Notes: generated by a model from the letters alone, not told the origin. Positions 9,123 through 19,276 are shown, numbered from the stretch's first letter. The stretch is 64,000 nt of DNA from an uncultured Bacteroidales bacterium (GCA_963780735.1 CAWADB010000001.1:53205-117204), one strand, 5' to 3'. Numbers and translations: made by a program.

Positions 9123-10294
9123 AAGCTGACAAAAACTTTCTCAGGGAAGAGTTTTTCAGAAAATACGGGGACAGGGCAACAAACCCTGTTCTTTTTTATT
9201 CACCCGGTCGTGTGAATCTTATCGGAGAGCACACTGACTATAACGGCGGGTTTGTTTTCCCCTGTGCACTTGATTTCGGCACCTCACTGGTTGCGAGAAA
9301 GACCGCCAGTCCTGAAATTAAACTCTGCAGCCTGAACTTCACCGGCGAGGTAACAGTTCCGGTAACCTCCTCATACAGGGCCATCGCCGGAAGCTGGACC
9401 AATTACCCTGTTGGTGTCATAAATGAGTTTGCCCTGAGGGGCATCATGGCGCCAGGACTGGAACTGCTTTTTTACGGCGACATACCTAACGGTGCAGGAT
9501 TGTCTTCGTCGGCATCAATTGAAATGGTGATGGCAGTGGCAATGAATGAACTTACCGGTGCCGGCCTCCCGATGCTGGAGCTGGTGAAGATGGGACAGAA
9601 AGCTGAGAATAATTTTGTGGGCATGAACTGCGGGATAATGGACCAGTTTGCAGTTGGCTTCGGGAAGAAAGACCATGCCATCAACCTTAACTGTGACACT
9701 CTCGAATACAAATATGCCCCGGTGAATCTTGGCGACAGGCGCCTGATCATCACCAACACCAACAAACGAAGGGGACTGACTGATTCAAAATACAATGAGC
9801 GGCGGTCAGAGTGCGAGAAAGCCGTGGAGCTCATCTCTGAGCATCATAAGATAAGCAACCTCAGCGAGCTTACAGTAAAAGATCTCTGGATGCTTGATAA
9901 ATATATCGCCGACGAAGTGGTGAGAAAGAGGGCAAGGCATGTGATAACCGAGAATGGCAGGACCATCGATGCGATCAGGGCGCTTGAGGAAAATGACATT
10001 GAGAAGTTCGGCAGGCTGATGAATGAATCTCACGACTCACTGTGCACAGACTACGAGGTTACGGGCGCTGAGCTCGATGCTCTCGTATACGAGGGCAGAA
10101 AACTTCCCGGAGTGACCGGTACACGCATGACCGGCGCCGGTTTCGGCGGATGCACGGTCTCAATAGTTGAAAACAGTCATGCTGACAGTTTCATGAAGAA
10201 GCTTGCCGCTGTATATAATGAGAAAACAGGACTGACTGCTGACTTTTACCTCCCGGGCATAGGTGACGGCGCCAGACGGGTAGACTGGCTATAG
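9119..10294 (+). CDS. galK: Galactokinase
   Basis: 391 aa with the GHMP kinase motifs GRVNLIGEHTDYNGGFVFPCAL, PNGAGLSSSASIE and RMTGAGFGGC. Its start overlaps the dnaA stop (ATGA). Confidence 0.95.
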   Translation: MKADKNFLREEFFRKYGDRATNPVLFYSPGRVNLIGEHTDYNGGFVFPCALDFGTSLVARKTASPEIKLCSLNFTGEVTVPVTSSYRAIAGSWTNYPVGVINEFALRGIMAPGLELLFYGDIPNGAGLSSSASIEMVMAVAMNELTGAGLPMLELVKMGQKAENNFVGMNCGIMDQFAVGFGKKDHAINLNCDTLEYKYAPVNLGDRRLIITNTNKRRGLTDSKYNERRSECEKAVELISEHHKISNLSELTVKDLWMLDKYIADEVVRKRARHVITENGRTIDAIRALEENDIEKFGRLMNESHDSLCTDYEVTGAELDALVYEGRKLPGVTGTRMTGAGFGGCTVSIVENSHADSFMKKLAAVYNEKTGLTADFYLPGIGDGARRVDWL

Positions 10295-13060
10295 ATCTCT
10301 TACGCATCTGAACCCGACAGTTGCACTGCGGTCATAGCCCGGTGACACCATCAGTTGTATCTGGGTCATATCTAGCTGCTGAGGTCCTCCCTGGATGTAC
10401 CACCAGCTCGATTCAGGCCTGAAATAACTGCCTCCCCTGATGATATTGAAATAATAATCCCCGTTGAAGTACACATCACCGGTCATCTGCCAGATATTTC
10501 CGACAAGGTCTGCCACACCGTAAGGGCTATCCCCTTTCGGGAAAGCATCGACAGGGGTTGGTCTGCCGAAGCCGTTGTTGCATTTTGTGGCGTGAAATTC
10601 GTTACCCCACGGCCACAACCTGCCGTCTGTGCCCTGTGCTGCCAGCTGCCACTCTGCCTCTGTGGGCAGTCGTTTACCTGCCCATTTCGCATACGCCTTT
10701 GCATCTTCGAGACAGACATTAACAACAGGATAACGCTCCTGTCCCGACACTGGCATGCCATTCTCCCAATGTTTTAAATAATTGGTGGTATCTCCAGGGA
10801 TATACCTGGTTTCCCTGATAAACCTGACAAACTCCTCATTTGTTACCGGGTATTTATCAATAAGGAAGCTGCTTATCTCTGATGTTCTTTCTTTGCCGGC
10901 TGAAGGAATTACAATGAATTCATCATTTGATTTAAGCGTGTATTTTATTGTCGCTGCAGGTACAAGCACCATCCCCTCAGGTGTATCAGAGGCCGGGACA
11001 GTACGGACAGTTTCGGAGTAAAGCCACGGCTGACCTCCCCTGATAACTATTACCTTTTCATCCAGAAGAAGTCCGGCCTCTGTCAGTTCTATCACTATTT
11101 TGCCTTCCGAAGTACCGGGGAGGTCACCAGTGCGGAGTAAGGTATCCAGCGGTGATTTAAAGACAATTGGCTTATTTCCATACCCGGGCATCCCCTTATA
11201 AACCGACACTGTTCCCTTTATGGTTGCTTTTATATGAAGCCTGTTACCATCCGCTTCAGCTTTTATCAGAGAAGGCAGCAGGGCAATGCAGTCGACGGAG
11301 CTTTCCCGTCTTGTTCCATTATAAGACTGGTTCCATCCTTCCGCTCTGACGGTGGCCATTAGCTGACCGTTAACAACGGCAGGATCAAGCTCCTCATGTC
11401 TCCAGAGGGAGACAAGGTGTCTGCCTGAGGTATCGCCTGTACTGAACAGCGGACCTTCATATCCGAGGTGGTCCATATTAAGGACTGTAAATATTGTCTT
11501 TCCGCCCGCATTCCATCTGTTGATATAGACTTTGTCTGCTTCGGATTTAATCAACGGAGTCCAGTTGCTGTCGAGGAAAGCATCACTGTTTCTGCGGAGA
11601 AGAAACGTTGTTCTGGCAAGGTACTGAAGATCAGCTTCATATTCATCACCCCTGCCACCCGGTCTGTACAGGTTCAACTCTGTTCCATACCCGTTGAAAA
11701 ACGCCACGGATATTTCCCGGTGCAGTACGTCTTCTCCCACATCGGCGACACGGAAAATGGCAAAGTCAGGTTTGATCAGCTTGTTCAGGTTCAGTTCAGG
11801 ACTAAGGAACAATGCGTTGTGAACTCTTGCTGCAACTATGCCCGGCATATCCTTTATTACCGGCATACCCTCCGAATACATCACGACGCCTTTGCGCACC
11901 GTGTCGGCTGCCTGCTGCAGTTCTGCCGATGATCCTCCCTGAGTATCAAGCACCACTCCGTCCGCTTCCGTGGCGGTTATCATCTCAGTGATCCCGGTAA
12001 GATGGCTTTCCTCTCTTGTACTCTTGTCCCATGGGTTGTAGGATATGAAAAAACGCCCGTCGTTAAGCCTGACATGCCTCCCTATATCTCTCAATCCTTC
12101 AAGTCCTCCCGGAAGATCACGGTAAAGATCCCACTGGTTTCTCTCATCAAGACCCAGCCGGGGCCAGGTAGGCCATATTGCATACACATCCACATGATCG
12201 AAGAGAGTATTGTATCGGGCAAGGAAACTGTCAAGGCCTGATTTACCGGAAAAGCGGTCGTAGAAATCACGGTCCCATGCCATCTGAAGGATCATGAGGT
12301 AGCTGGTGCGTATCCATTTCAGGTCATCGCGCCTGTATAACTCATCATTAAAGCTTTCAAGATCATATAGATACCTGTCCCTGAACATGAGTTTCAGCCC
12401 ATCCTGCCATGTGCCCTGATATATGTCTGCCCAGATATCATATGTCACCGTTGCGCCCGGAGGCAGAATTGTTTCATACCTCTTTTTTGTGCCGTTCTGA
12501 ACCCCGGTGCGCCGTGATATTGCGCTTACCGACACTGAAGATCCTGTTTCGAATGCCGAGAAACCCATCTCCCAGGCATTATCAGGCAGAATTACACGTA
12601 CCGGGCTCTTTCCCGGAAGAAAAAGGTTTGCCCTGGCGAGGTCCGGTGCCCCGTGACCGGTGATATATGCATTATTGCCGTTCTCACCGAAGGGAACCAC
12701 GTCGCTGATGACCAGGGTGTCATTCCAGTTGTTGCGGAAAACAAGCTCAGCATTAAATCCGGGATGTGACCCGCCCCGGGGAGTAAACCCAACCTCCACC
12801 CCACCGGAGTAAATCATAATGAAGCGGTTACCAGTCAATCCTGCCGGCACATCGTCCGATTCAAAATAGACCCCGTCAAGACGGAAGCTGAAAAGGGGCC
12901 TGGCCACAGGAAGGCTTACAGTTGTGCTGTCATCAAGTATCAGGCTGACTGCCTTCGCACCTGTATCCTTGGTTATTCCGATATTCTCAATCGACTGGCC
13001 TGAGACAGACAGGATCGGCATAAGAAATAATAGAAAAATCTGAAACTTTAACCGGTGCAT
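10289..13060 (-). CDS. Secreted 923-aa multidomain protein: unrecognised N-terminal ~690 aa plus C-terminal FGE-sulfatase (SUMF1/formylglycine-generating-enzyme-like) domain
   Basis: Signal peptide MHRLKFQIFLLFLMPILSVSGQ. The C-terminus reads FLIDKYPVTNEEFVRFI...YPVVNVCLEDAKAYAKWAGKRLPTEAEWQLAA...WPWGN...VGNIWQMT...RGGSYF...GFRCV, which is the FGE-sulfatase fold signature. The remainder has no motif I can name. Confidence 0.6.
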   Translation of the reverse strand: MHRLKFQIFLLFLMPILSVSGQSIENIGITKDTGAKAVSLILDDSTTVSLPVARPLFSFRLDGVYFESDDVPAGLTGNRFIMIYSGGVEVGFTPRGGSHPGFNAELVFRNNWNDTLVISDVVPFGENGNNAYITGHGAPDLARANLFLPGKSPVRVILPDNAWEMGFSAFETGSSVSVSAISRRTGVQNGTKKRYETILPPGATVTYDIWADIYQGTWQDGLKLMFRDRYLYDLESFNDELYRRDDLKWIRTSYLMILQMAWDRDFYDRFSGKSGLDSFLARYNTLFDHVDVYAIWPTWPRLGLDERNQWDLYRDLPGGLEGLRDIGRHVRLNDGRFFISYNPWDKSTREESHLTGITEMITATEADGVVLDTQGGSSAELQQAADTVRKGVVMYSEGMPVIKDMPGIVAARVHNALFLSPELNLNKLIKPDFAIFRVADVGEDVLHREISVAFFNGYGTELNLYRPGGRGDEYEADLQYLARTTFLLRRNSDAFLDSNWTPLIKSEADKVYINRWNAGGKTIFTVLNMDHLGYEGPLFSTGDTSGRHLVSLWRHEELDPAVVNGQLMATVRAEGWNQSYNGTRRESSVDCIALLPSLIKAEADGNRLHIKATIKGTVSVYKGMPGYGNKPIVFKSPLDTLLRTGDLPGTSEGKIVIELTEAGLLLDEKVIVIRGGQPWLYSETVRTVPASDTPEGMVLVPAATIKYTLKSNDEFIVIPSAGKERTSEISSFLIDKYPVTNEEFVRFIRETRYIPGDTTNYLKHWENGMPVSGQERYPVVNVCLEDAKAYAKWAGKRLPTEAEWQLAAQGTDGRLWPWGNEFHATKCNNGFGRPTPVDAFPKGDSPYGVADLVGNIWQMTGDVYFNGDYYFNIIRGGSYFRPESSWWYIQGGPQQLDMTQIQLMVSPGYDRSATVGFRCVRDL

Positions 13061-13234
13061 ATCAGTTTAATGTGATAGTATATAGTATCGGGGCACAAGT
13101 GAGTGCAATTTAACATATTGTGACAAAAAATAAAAGTCAATGAAAAGTATAAGTTCTGTTACCGGGATAATTAATGAGAGTTTTCTGGTTAACTGGATAT
13201 TTACTACTTTTAAAAACTGTTTGATTCCCAAATA

Positions 13235-13441
13235 ATGAAAAGGATTTATCTCAAAAGCATAACTTTCATTATTCTCCTCCTTGCGGCGCTGATCCTGATG
13301 CCCGGATGTGCATCGTCGAAGAAAAATACATACCAGGCCAACCGTAGGAATTCATACATTGACACTTCGCAGTTAGGGCGCAACAAATATTTCTTTTCGA
13401 AGAAGTATCAGAAAAAACTCTACAATTACAAGAAGAAATAG
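13235..13441 (+). CDS. Small basic lipoprotein (hypothetical)
   Basis: 68 aa. The signal MKRIYLKSITFIILLLAALILMPGC carries a lipobox Cys. The Lys/Tyr-rich tail reads NKYFFSKKYQKKLYNYKKK. It fills an otherwise empty intergenic gap and has no recognisable family. Confidence 0.4.
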   Translation: MKRIYLKSITFIILLLAALILMPGCASSKKNTYQANRRNSYIDTSQLGRNKYFFSKKYQKKLYNYKKK

Positions 13442-13442
13442 G

Positions 13443-14210
13443 TCAATCTTCGCAAAACACTTCCAGTCCGTCCCATGCCAGCGTTACGTTCACAGGCAGT
13501 TCCCTGTTGACGTCGGCATGTTTTCCCATCTGGTGACCAATGTGAGTGATAAAGGCTTTGCGGGGAGACACTTCCTCAATAAGGCTCAGCGCTTCACCGA
13601 GACTGAAGTGTGAAATATGCTTCTCTTTTCTCAGGGCATTAATGACCAGGTATTTCACTCCGATCAGCTTTTCCCTGGTTTCTTCCGGGATATAATTGGC
13701 GTCGGTGATATATGCCATATCCCCTATTCTGAAACCCAGTATCGGGAGGCGGTAATGAAATATACGCAGTGGAATTATTATATCACCCCTCAGGTCAATA
13801 TTGTAGGTATCGATGTTATGCAGCTCCATCTTTGGCACGCCGGGATACTGGTTCTCAGAAAAGACATAGGCATATTCTTTCCTTACCGCATTCTGCACTC
13901 TCTCTTCTGCATAAATATCTATTGCCGCCTGACTTTTATAATTGAACGCTCTCAGATCATCCATACCCGCTATGTGATCCTTATGTTCATGAGTCAGGAA
14001 AATTGCATCGAGTTTTTTCACATGGGCATTCAGCATCTGCTGCCTGAAATCCGGTCCCGCATCAATAACGATTGTATTCGCGGCAGTTTCTACGAGCAGT
14101 GCGGCCCTGAGCCTTTTGTCCCTGCTGTCAGTTGATGTGCACGTAGCACATTCGCAGGCAATTACAGGTACACCCTGGGATGTTCCGGTTCCAAGAAAAG
14201 TAAATTTCAC
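13443..14210 (-). CDS. MBL-fold metallo-hydrolase (PhnP-like phosphodiesterase family)
   Basis: 255 aa. It starts MKFTFLGTGTSQGVP, has a CxxC..C cluster, and carries the metallo-beta-lactamase motif IFLTHEHKDHIAG (HxHxDH). Confidence 0.8.
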   Translation of the reverse strand: MKFTFLGTGTSQGVPVIACECATCTSTDSRDKRLRAALLVETAANTIVIDAGPDFRQQMLNAHVKKLDAIFLTHEHKDHIAGMDDLRAFNYKSQAAIDIYAEERVQNAVRKEYAYVFSENQYPGVPKMELHNIDTYNIDLRGDIIIPLRIFHYRLPILGFRIGDMAYITDANYIPEETREKLIGVKYLVINALRKEKHISHFSLGEALSLIEEVSPRKAFITHIGHQMGKHADVNRELPVNVTLAWDGLEVFCED

Positions 14211-14326
14211 TGGCTCTTTTTTCGATTTACAAAAGTAACCTGAAATTGGAGAAGAACAATATCAAAATTCACTTTAGCTACGCGGCACCCTTTTACATAT
14301 CTTTACGGCAGATTATAGTGCAGCAG

Positions 14327-15029
14327 ATGAAGGGAAATATTTACATGGTTCCTGTCACACTTGGGAATGCTGATCACAGACTGACTATTCCCGCTGTAAC
14401 GAGGGAGATCACTGCCTCCCTAAGGCTTTTCGCAGTCGAGGATGTCAGATCGGCACGGAGATACCTGAGAACCATCGACCGGGAATTTCCTGTCGATGAG
14501 ACTGTATTTTTTTCAATTGGTAAACACTCGGAGCCGGCTGAGCTGGGCGATTTCTTCGCACGGGTATCAGGCGGCATGAACGCCGGCGTGATGAGTGAAG
14601 CTGGCATGCCGGGACTTGCTGATCCTGGAAATATTGTAGTTGAAGAGGCTCACCGCAGGGATATAAATGTAATCCCTCTGACAGGACCGTCATCAATTAT
14701 GCTGGCGCTGGTAGCTTCCGGGCTGAACGGACAATCATTTGCCTTCAGCGGTTACCTGCCTGTTGACTCCCCCGGAAGGCAAAAAGCTGCTCAGGGAGCT
14801 GGAGCGCCGGTCCGTCGGTGGCCAGACACAGATCTTCATGGAAACCCCCTTCCGCAATGACAAGATGCTGAATGATATTCTCGCGGTCTGCAAGCCGTCA
14901 ACCCGTTTATGCATTGCTGCCGATGTCACCCTCGAAACAGAGGAAATAAGGACCAGGACTGTTGCCTCGTGGATAAGCAACAGACCGCCGCTGGACAACA
15001 GGCCTGTGGTATTCCTGATGCTTGCCTGA
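14327..15029 (+). pseudogene. RsmI/YraL-like SAM-dependent methyltransferase (tetrapyrrole-methylase fold), one +1 frame break in a C5 run
   Basis: ORFs 14246..14860 and 14739..15029 join as ...GQSFAFSGYLPVDS|PEGKKLLRELERRSVGGQTQIFMETPFRN... The break lies in ctccccc (C5, 14769-14773). The N-terminus from the ATG at 14327 is MKGNIYMVPVTLGN...FAVEDVRSARRYL, and the repaired length is about 233 aa. Confidence 0.75.
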
Positions 15030-15142
15030 GGGCGATTAATCACGAAACACATACTTCCTTCCCTCTCCTTTTATTTTTATTTTCTAAATTACAGGCGTTA
15101 ATCGTATTGTCATGATGATCAGAAAAACATTCCTGTCTGCGT

Positions 15143-18100
15143 GTGTTTATAGCCATTACAGCTCTTCTGCCGGCACAGAAGACAGATATGTCACTTTTCA
15201 GCGGCATAAAGCCGAGGAATATAGGGCCTGGCGGCATGAGCGGCAGGGTCACGGCTTTCGCGGTCGATCCGCGCAATGAGAATGTGTTTTATGTCGGGAC
15301 GGCCTCAGGCGGCCTGTGGAAGACTGTCAATGCCGGTACAACATTCACACCCGTCTTCGACAATGAGGCAGTGGCATCAATCGGAGCCCTTGCAATTGAT
15401 CCTCTCAGACCCGATATAGTTTGGGCCGGAACAGGTGAAGGAAATCCCCGCAACAGCGTCAGTCCCGGCTATGGTATATACAGAAGCACAGACGGAGGAA
15501 TTACATGGAAGTGTATGGGGCTTGAACTTACGCGGTACATACACAGGATTATAATAGACCCCGTCAATACTGATATCATTTATGCCGGAGCCATAGGCAG
15601 TCCGTGGGCCCCGCATACCGAAAGAGGCCTCTACCGATCAGTCGACGGCGGTACGACCTGGAAGCAGATACTGTTTACGAATGAGACATCGGGGGTGGCA
15701 GAGATGGTGATGGACCCTGACAACCCCGGGAAGATATTTGTCGCCATGTGGTCTCACCAGCGTAAACCCTGGTTCTTCAGCTCATCTTCAGAGGGGTCAG
15801 GACTATGGCTTACACGTGACGGCGGTGACACTTTCACGGAGATAACGTCAGGTTTGCCGGCAGAGAAGGGAAGGATCGGAATTGCCATTGCCGCTTCCAA
15901 TACTGATTATGTTTATGCATATGTTGAATCAAAGCCATCGGCCATATACAGGTCAACCGACGGAGGGATTCACTGGGAGAAAAGAGGTCAGGACAACATA
16001 GGCAACAGGCCGTTCTACTATGCCGAGATCTATGTTGACCCGAAGAATGAAAACAGGGTTTACACTCTTTTTTCAGGTGTCAATGTGAGTGAAGACGGCG
16101 GACTGACCTTTGACAAGAGAATTACTGAATCGATCCACCCTGATCATCATGCCTGGTTCATTGACCCGGCAAACCCTGACCGTATATTCGACGGCAACGA
16201 CGGAGGAATGGCAATCAGCTATGACAAGGGGAAGACATGGCGCCATATCGAAAATCTTCCCCTGGGGCAGTTTTATCATATAAATGTGGACAATGAGATT
16301 CCATATAATATTTACGGCGGACTGCAGGATAACGGATCATGGCGCGGTCCGGCCTATGCATGGTACAATGGACCCATCATCAACGAGATGTATGATTTTC
16401 TTTCTGGCGGTGATGGGTTTGACGCCATGCCTGTACCCGGTGACACAAGGTATTGCTACGCTCAGTCACAGGGAGGCTCGTTAAGACGGTTTGACGTACT
16501 CACAGGATGGTCAAAAAATATCAGGCCGGCGGCTGAAGACAGCGAGAAACTGAGATTCAACTGGAACGCAGCACTGGCGCAGGATCCTTTCGAAAATAAC
16601 ACTATCTATTTCGGAAGTCAGTTTATTCATAAAAGCATTGACAGGGGTGACAGGTGGATAAAGATTTCACCCGATCTCACTACCAACGACCCGGAGAAGC
16701 AGAAGCAGGACCAGAGCGGCGGTATCACTCCTGAAGCCACGGGAGCTGAGAACCACTGCACAATAATCACCATTGCCCCCAGCCCTCTCAAGCGCGACCT
16801 TATCTGGGCAGGCACGGATGACGGCATGATACAGATAACAGATGACGGAGGGAAGACCTGGAGGAACACTTCGCAGAATATCAAGGGGATGCCGCGAAAC
16901 GCATGGGTGCCTCAGATCACCGCCTCACTGTATAATCCTGAAGAGGCTTTTGCGGTTGTGAACGATTACCGGCAGGGTGACAATGCCGCCTATCTGTACC
17001 ACACAAAAGACCTGGGCCGGAACTGGAAGAGGATAATTGATGACTCTGATGTATGGGGTTATGTGCTCTGTTTCGTTCAGGATCCGGTTGAGCCGCGACT
17101 GATGTTTGCAGGCACGGAGTTCGGTCTCTATGTATCTTTCAACGCCGGGGATACATGGAACAAATGGAGCAGCGGTTACCCTACCGTCTCGACATACGAC
17201 ATGATTATCCATCCGCGGGAGAGCGATCTCGTCATAGGTACGTTCGGCCGCGGACTCTGGGTGCTTGATGATATCAGCCCCCTGAGAGCCCTGGCAAAAG
17301 ACGGCGGCAGGCTCACCGACAGTAAGATGTCAGCTTTTAAAGTACCTGATGCCTTGCTCGCTTCGACGAAAAACCTTCCGGGATATTACTACTCCGGTGA
17401 TGCCATGTTTAAGGGAGAAAACCGTCCGCTGGGTGCGATGATCTCTTTTTATACTTCCGGGGATTCTGGCAAAGTGACCCTTGAAATAAAAGCCGCGGAG
17501 GGAAAAATAATCAGGTCACAGGAAATTGACGCGGTGAAAGGATTTAACCGTTTTACATGGGGCTTTGACCTCAATCCGCTGCCGCAGGCAACACAGGTAA
17601 CTGAACCTCCAAGAGACACCAGGGGAAGAAATTTCAGGAATTTCCGGGGCGGTTTTGCTCTGCCGGGCACTTATAACGTCGTCCTGAAAAGAGGCGATGT
17701 CACAGCAGAAACCGCGGTAATTGTCAAGCCTGATCCGAGAATAACCGGGCAGGACTTTGATGGAATGGCAAAAAACAGAGCGAAAGCAGAAGCATTCGGC
17801 GAACAGGTAAATACTCTCAATGCGAAGCTGAAAAACATAAGGGAAATTAAGGAAAGCTTTGCGAAGAGTGATGAAATGATTAAAAAATCGCCCTTATTCG
17901 CAGAAGCTGCCTCTGCTGCTTATAACACTGTTAAAGAAGAATTTACAAAGCTTGAAGAAGCTCTTGACCGTCGTCCTGACGGGTTGGTGGCACAGATTAA
18001 CGGTTACAGGGTATTGATGACGGCAGGCGGGCAGTTATCACAGCAGGAAGAGAAGAGCATGGCTGAAGCGGAGGCCGCACTCACGGCAGCAAACTCACGT

Positions 18101-18190
18101 ATAGATGATTTTTTGAGCGGACCATGGGCCTCATACCTGGAGGCAATAAAAAAGGTGACCTTGACGGGTGACCAGGTGATTATCAGATAA
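15143..18190 (+). CDS. BNR/Asp-box repeat, sortilin/VPS10-like (GH74-like) beta-propeller protein
   Basis: 1015 aa with many Asp-box repeats (S.DGG.TW: STDGGITWK, SVDGGTTWK, TRDGGDTF, STDGGIHWE, SEDGGLTF, SYDKGKTWR, TDDGGKTWR, FNAGDTWN). The listed start is GTG. An out-of-frame ATGATG at 15112 would supply a proper signal peptide if one base of the A5 run 15123-15127 is spurious. Confidence 0.75.
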   Translation: MFIAITALLPAQKTDMSLFSGIKPRNIGPGGMSGRVTAFAVDPRNENVFYVGTASGGLWKTVNAGTTFTPVFDNEAVASIGALAIDPLRPDIVWAGTGEGNPRNSVSPGYGIYRSTDGGITWKCMGLELTRYIHRIIIDPVNTDIIYAGAIGSPWAPHTERGLYRSVDGGTTWKQILFTNETSGVAEMVMDPDNPGKIFVAMWSHQRKPWFFSSSSEGSGLWLTRDGGDTFTEITSGLPAEKGRIGIAIAASNTDYVYAYVESKPSAIYRSTDGGIHWEKRGQDNIGNRPFYYAEIYVDPKNENRVYTLFSGVNVSEDGGLTFDKRITESIHPDHHAWFIDPANPDRIFDGNDGGMAISYDKGKTWRHIENLPLGQFYHINVDNEIPYNIYGGLQDNGSWRGPAYAWYNGPIINEMYDFLSGGDGFDAMPVPGDTRYCYAQSQGGSLRRFDVLTGWSKNIRPAAEDSEKLRFNWNAALAQDPFENNTIYFGSQFIHKSIDRGDRWIKISPDLTTNDPEKQKQDQSGGITPEATGAENHCTIITIAPSPLKRDLIWAGTDDGMIQITDDGGKTWRNTSQNIKGMPRNAWVPQITASLYNPEEAFAVVNDYRQGDNAAYLYHTKDLGRNWKRIIDDSDVWGYVLCFVQDPVEPRLMFAGTEFGLYVSFNAGDTWNKWSSGYPTVSTYDMIIHPRESDLVIGTFGRGLWVLDDISPLRALAKDGGRLTDSKMSAFKVPDALLASTKNLPGYYYSGDAMFKGENRPLGAMISFYTSGDSGKVTLEIKAAEGKIIRSQEIDAVKGFNRFTWGFDLNPLPQATQVTEPPRDTRGRNFRNFRGGFALPGTYNVVLKRGDVTAETAVIVKPDPRITGQDFDGMAKNRAKAEAFGEQVNTLNAKLKNIREIKESFAKSDEMIKKSPLFAEAASAAYNTVKEEFTKLEEALDRRPDGLVAQINGYRVLMTAGGQLSQQEEKSMAEAEAALTAANSRIDDFLSGPWASYLEAIKKVTLTGDQVIIR

Positions 18191-18194
18191 AGAA

Positions 18195-18216
18195 AATGCG
18201 CCGGATCCGGCGCATT
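18195..18216. terminator. Bidirectional terminator hairpin between convergent genes
   Basis: aatgcgccgg-at-ccggcgcatt is a perfect 10-bp stem. It has A-rich sequence on the 5' side and ttctttt on the 3' side. Confidence 0.7.
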
Positions 18217-18220
18217 TCTT

Positions 18221-18730
18221 TTATTTCCTGGCTTTAATCAGTTCAACAACTTCAATCTCAAAAAGCAGGGGAGTATATCCTGGAATTACAGTGATATACT
18301 GTCCGTAGGTATTATAATAACCGTATCCTGAAGTACCGTATCCAAGAGATGAGGGCATGAGCAACTTCGCCTTGGAGTTCAGTTTCATATAAGGAAGGCC
18401 AACTGACCACCCTTCGATAAGATAGTATGTTCCTACCCTGAATCTGAAAGGCGTATCATCATCTGTGTTTGAATCAAATTCTTTCCCGCTGAGGTAATAA
18501 CCTGTATACCAGACTCCGACTGAATCACCTGTCGCGATCTTTTCGCCAGTACCCGGGGTACTCTCCATATAGTACAGGCCATGCGAATCAGGCGTCACTG
18601 TGATATTGTTGTCGTCAACATAGTCGGCAATGAGACTCTTTTCTTCCTCCTCGTACTTCTTCGCAGGGTCACATGATACAACAACAAAAGCAAGTGCCAT
18701 AAGCACTGCCGCAACTATTTTATTTCTCAT
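18221..18730 (-). CDS. FKBP-type peptidyl-prolyl cis-trans isomerase, lipoprotein
   Basis: ORF 18221..18769. A start at 18730 gives MRNKIVAAVLMALAFVVVSC (lipobox). The FKBP core is GDSVGVWYTGYYLSGKEFDS...F.VG....IEGW..GL..M......L..PS.LGYG. Confidence 0.85.
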   Translation of the reverse strand: MRNKIVAAVLMALAFVVVSCDPAKKYEEEEKSLIADYVDDNNITVTPDSHGLYYMESTPGTGEKIATGDSVGVWYTGYYLSGKEFDSNTDDDTPFRFRVGTYYLIEGWSVGLPYMKLNSKAKLLMPSSLGYGTSGYGYYNTYGQYITVIPGYTPLLFEIEVVELIKARK

Positions 18731-18775
18731 GGTGTTTCCAATCATTTTCCATTTTGCATCAAAAATCATTCCAAA

Positions 18776-19276
18776 CTAGATGACTTCCTTAATTTTTATC
18801 CTGTAGATCAGTATGGATCTTCCCGGGATCTTCCGTCCGTCGCCTGTCAGTCCGTGTGCCAGGTAAGGAGGTATGATGAAGATAAAGTCACTCCCCGGCT
18901 TCATAAGCTGAAGTCCTTCAGTGATCCCTCTTTCAACGCTGGCATAACCCACCCTGAGTGTATTGGAGCCGCTGTAACAGGGGTTACCGTCAATCAGTTT
19001 GCATTCATAATAGTACGAGACATCATCGCCTGTCTTTATTGCTTCTCCCCCGCCCTTTTCGACAATGCTGTACCACAAGCCCGTTTCAGTCTCCCTGAAG
19101 CTAAGGTCGCTTTTACTGATATAGTCGGTTATCACCTCACGGTCGCTCGAGATGAGTGATTTGTTGAGCTCAATGAGGTCTGTCTCCGGTGCCGGTTTTG
19201 CAACACTCCTGCTGTCAGGCTTATTCAGGCAGCCAGTCATTAAAATGAGTATTATTATGGGGATTAGAGTTCTCAT
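18776..19276 (-). CDS. FKBP-type peptidyl-prolyl cis-trans isomerase, lipoprotein
   Basis: 166 aa with MRTLIPIIILILMTGC (lipobox) and the FKBP core GDDVSYYYECKL.DG......L.VG......GITEGLQLMKPGSDFIFIIPPYLAHG. Confidence 0.85.
   Translation of the reverse strand: MRTLIPIIILILMTGCLNKPDSRSVAKPAPETDLIELNKSLISSDREVITDYISKSDLSFRETETGLWYSIVEKGGGEAIKTGDDVSYYYECKLIDGNPCYSGSNTLRVGYASVERGITEGLQLMKPGSDFIFIIPPYLAHGLTGDGRKIPGRSILIYRIKIKEVI

Noticed and set aside
13617-14135. 172-aa + strand ORF inside the MBL-fold hydrolase gene. Similar shadow ORFs occur at 24433..24891, 32528..32938, 58185..58673, 61074..61646 and 51587..51964.
   Set aside because: All lie antisense to, or out of frame within, confidently identified genes. 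None has a motif, a plausible start context or independent intergenic space.
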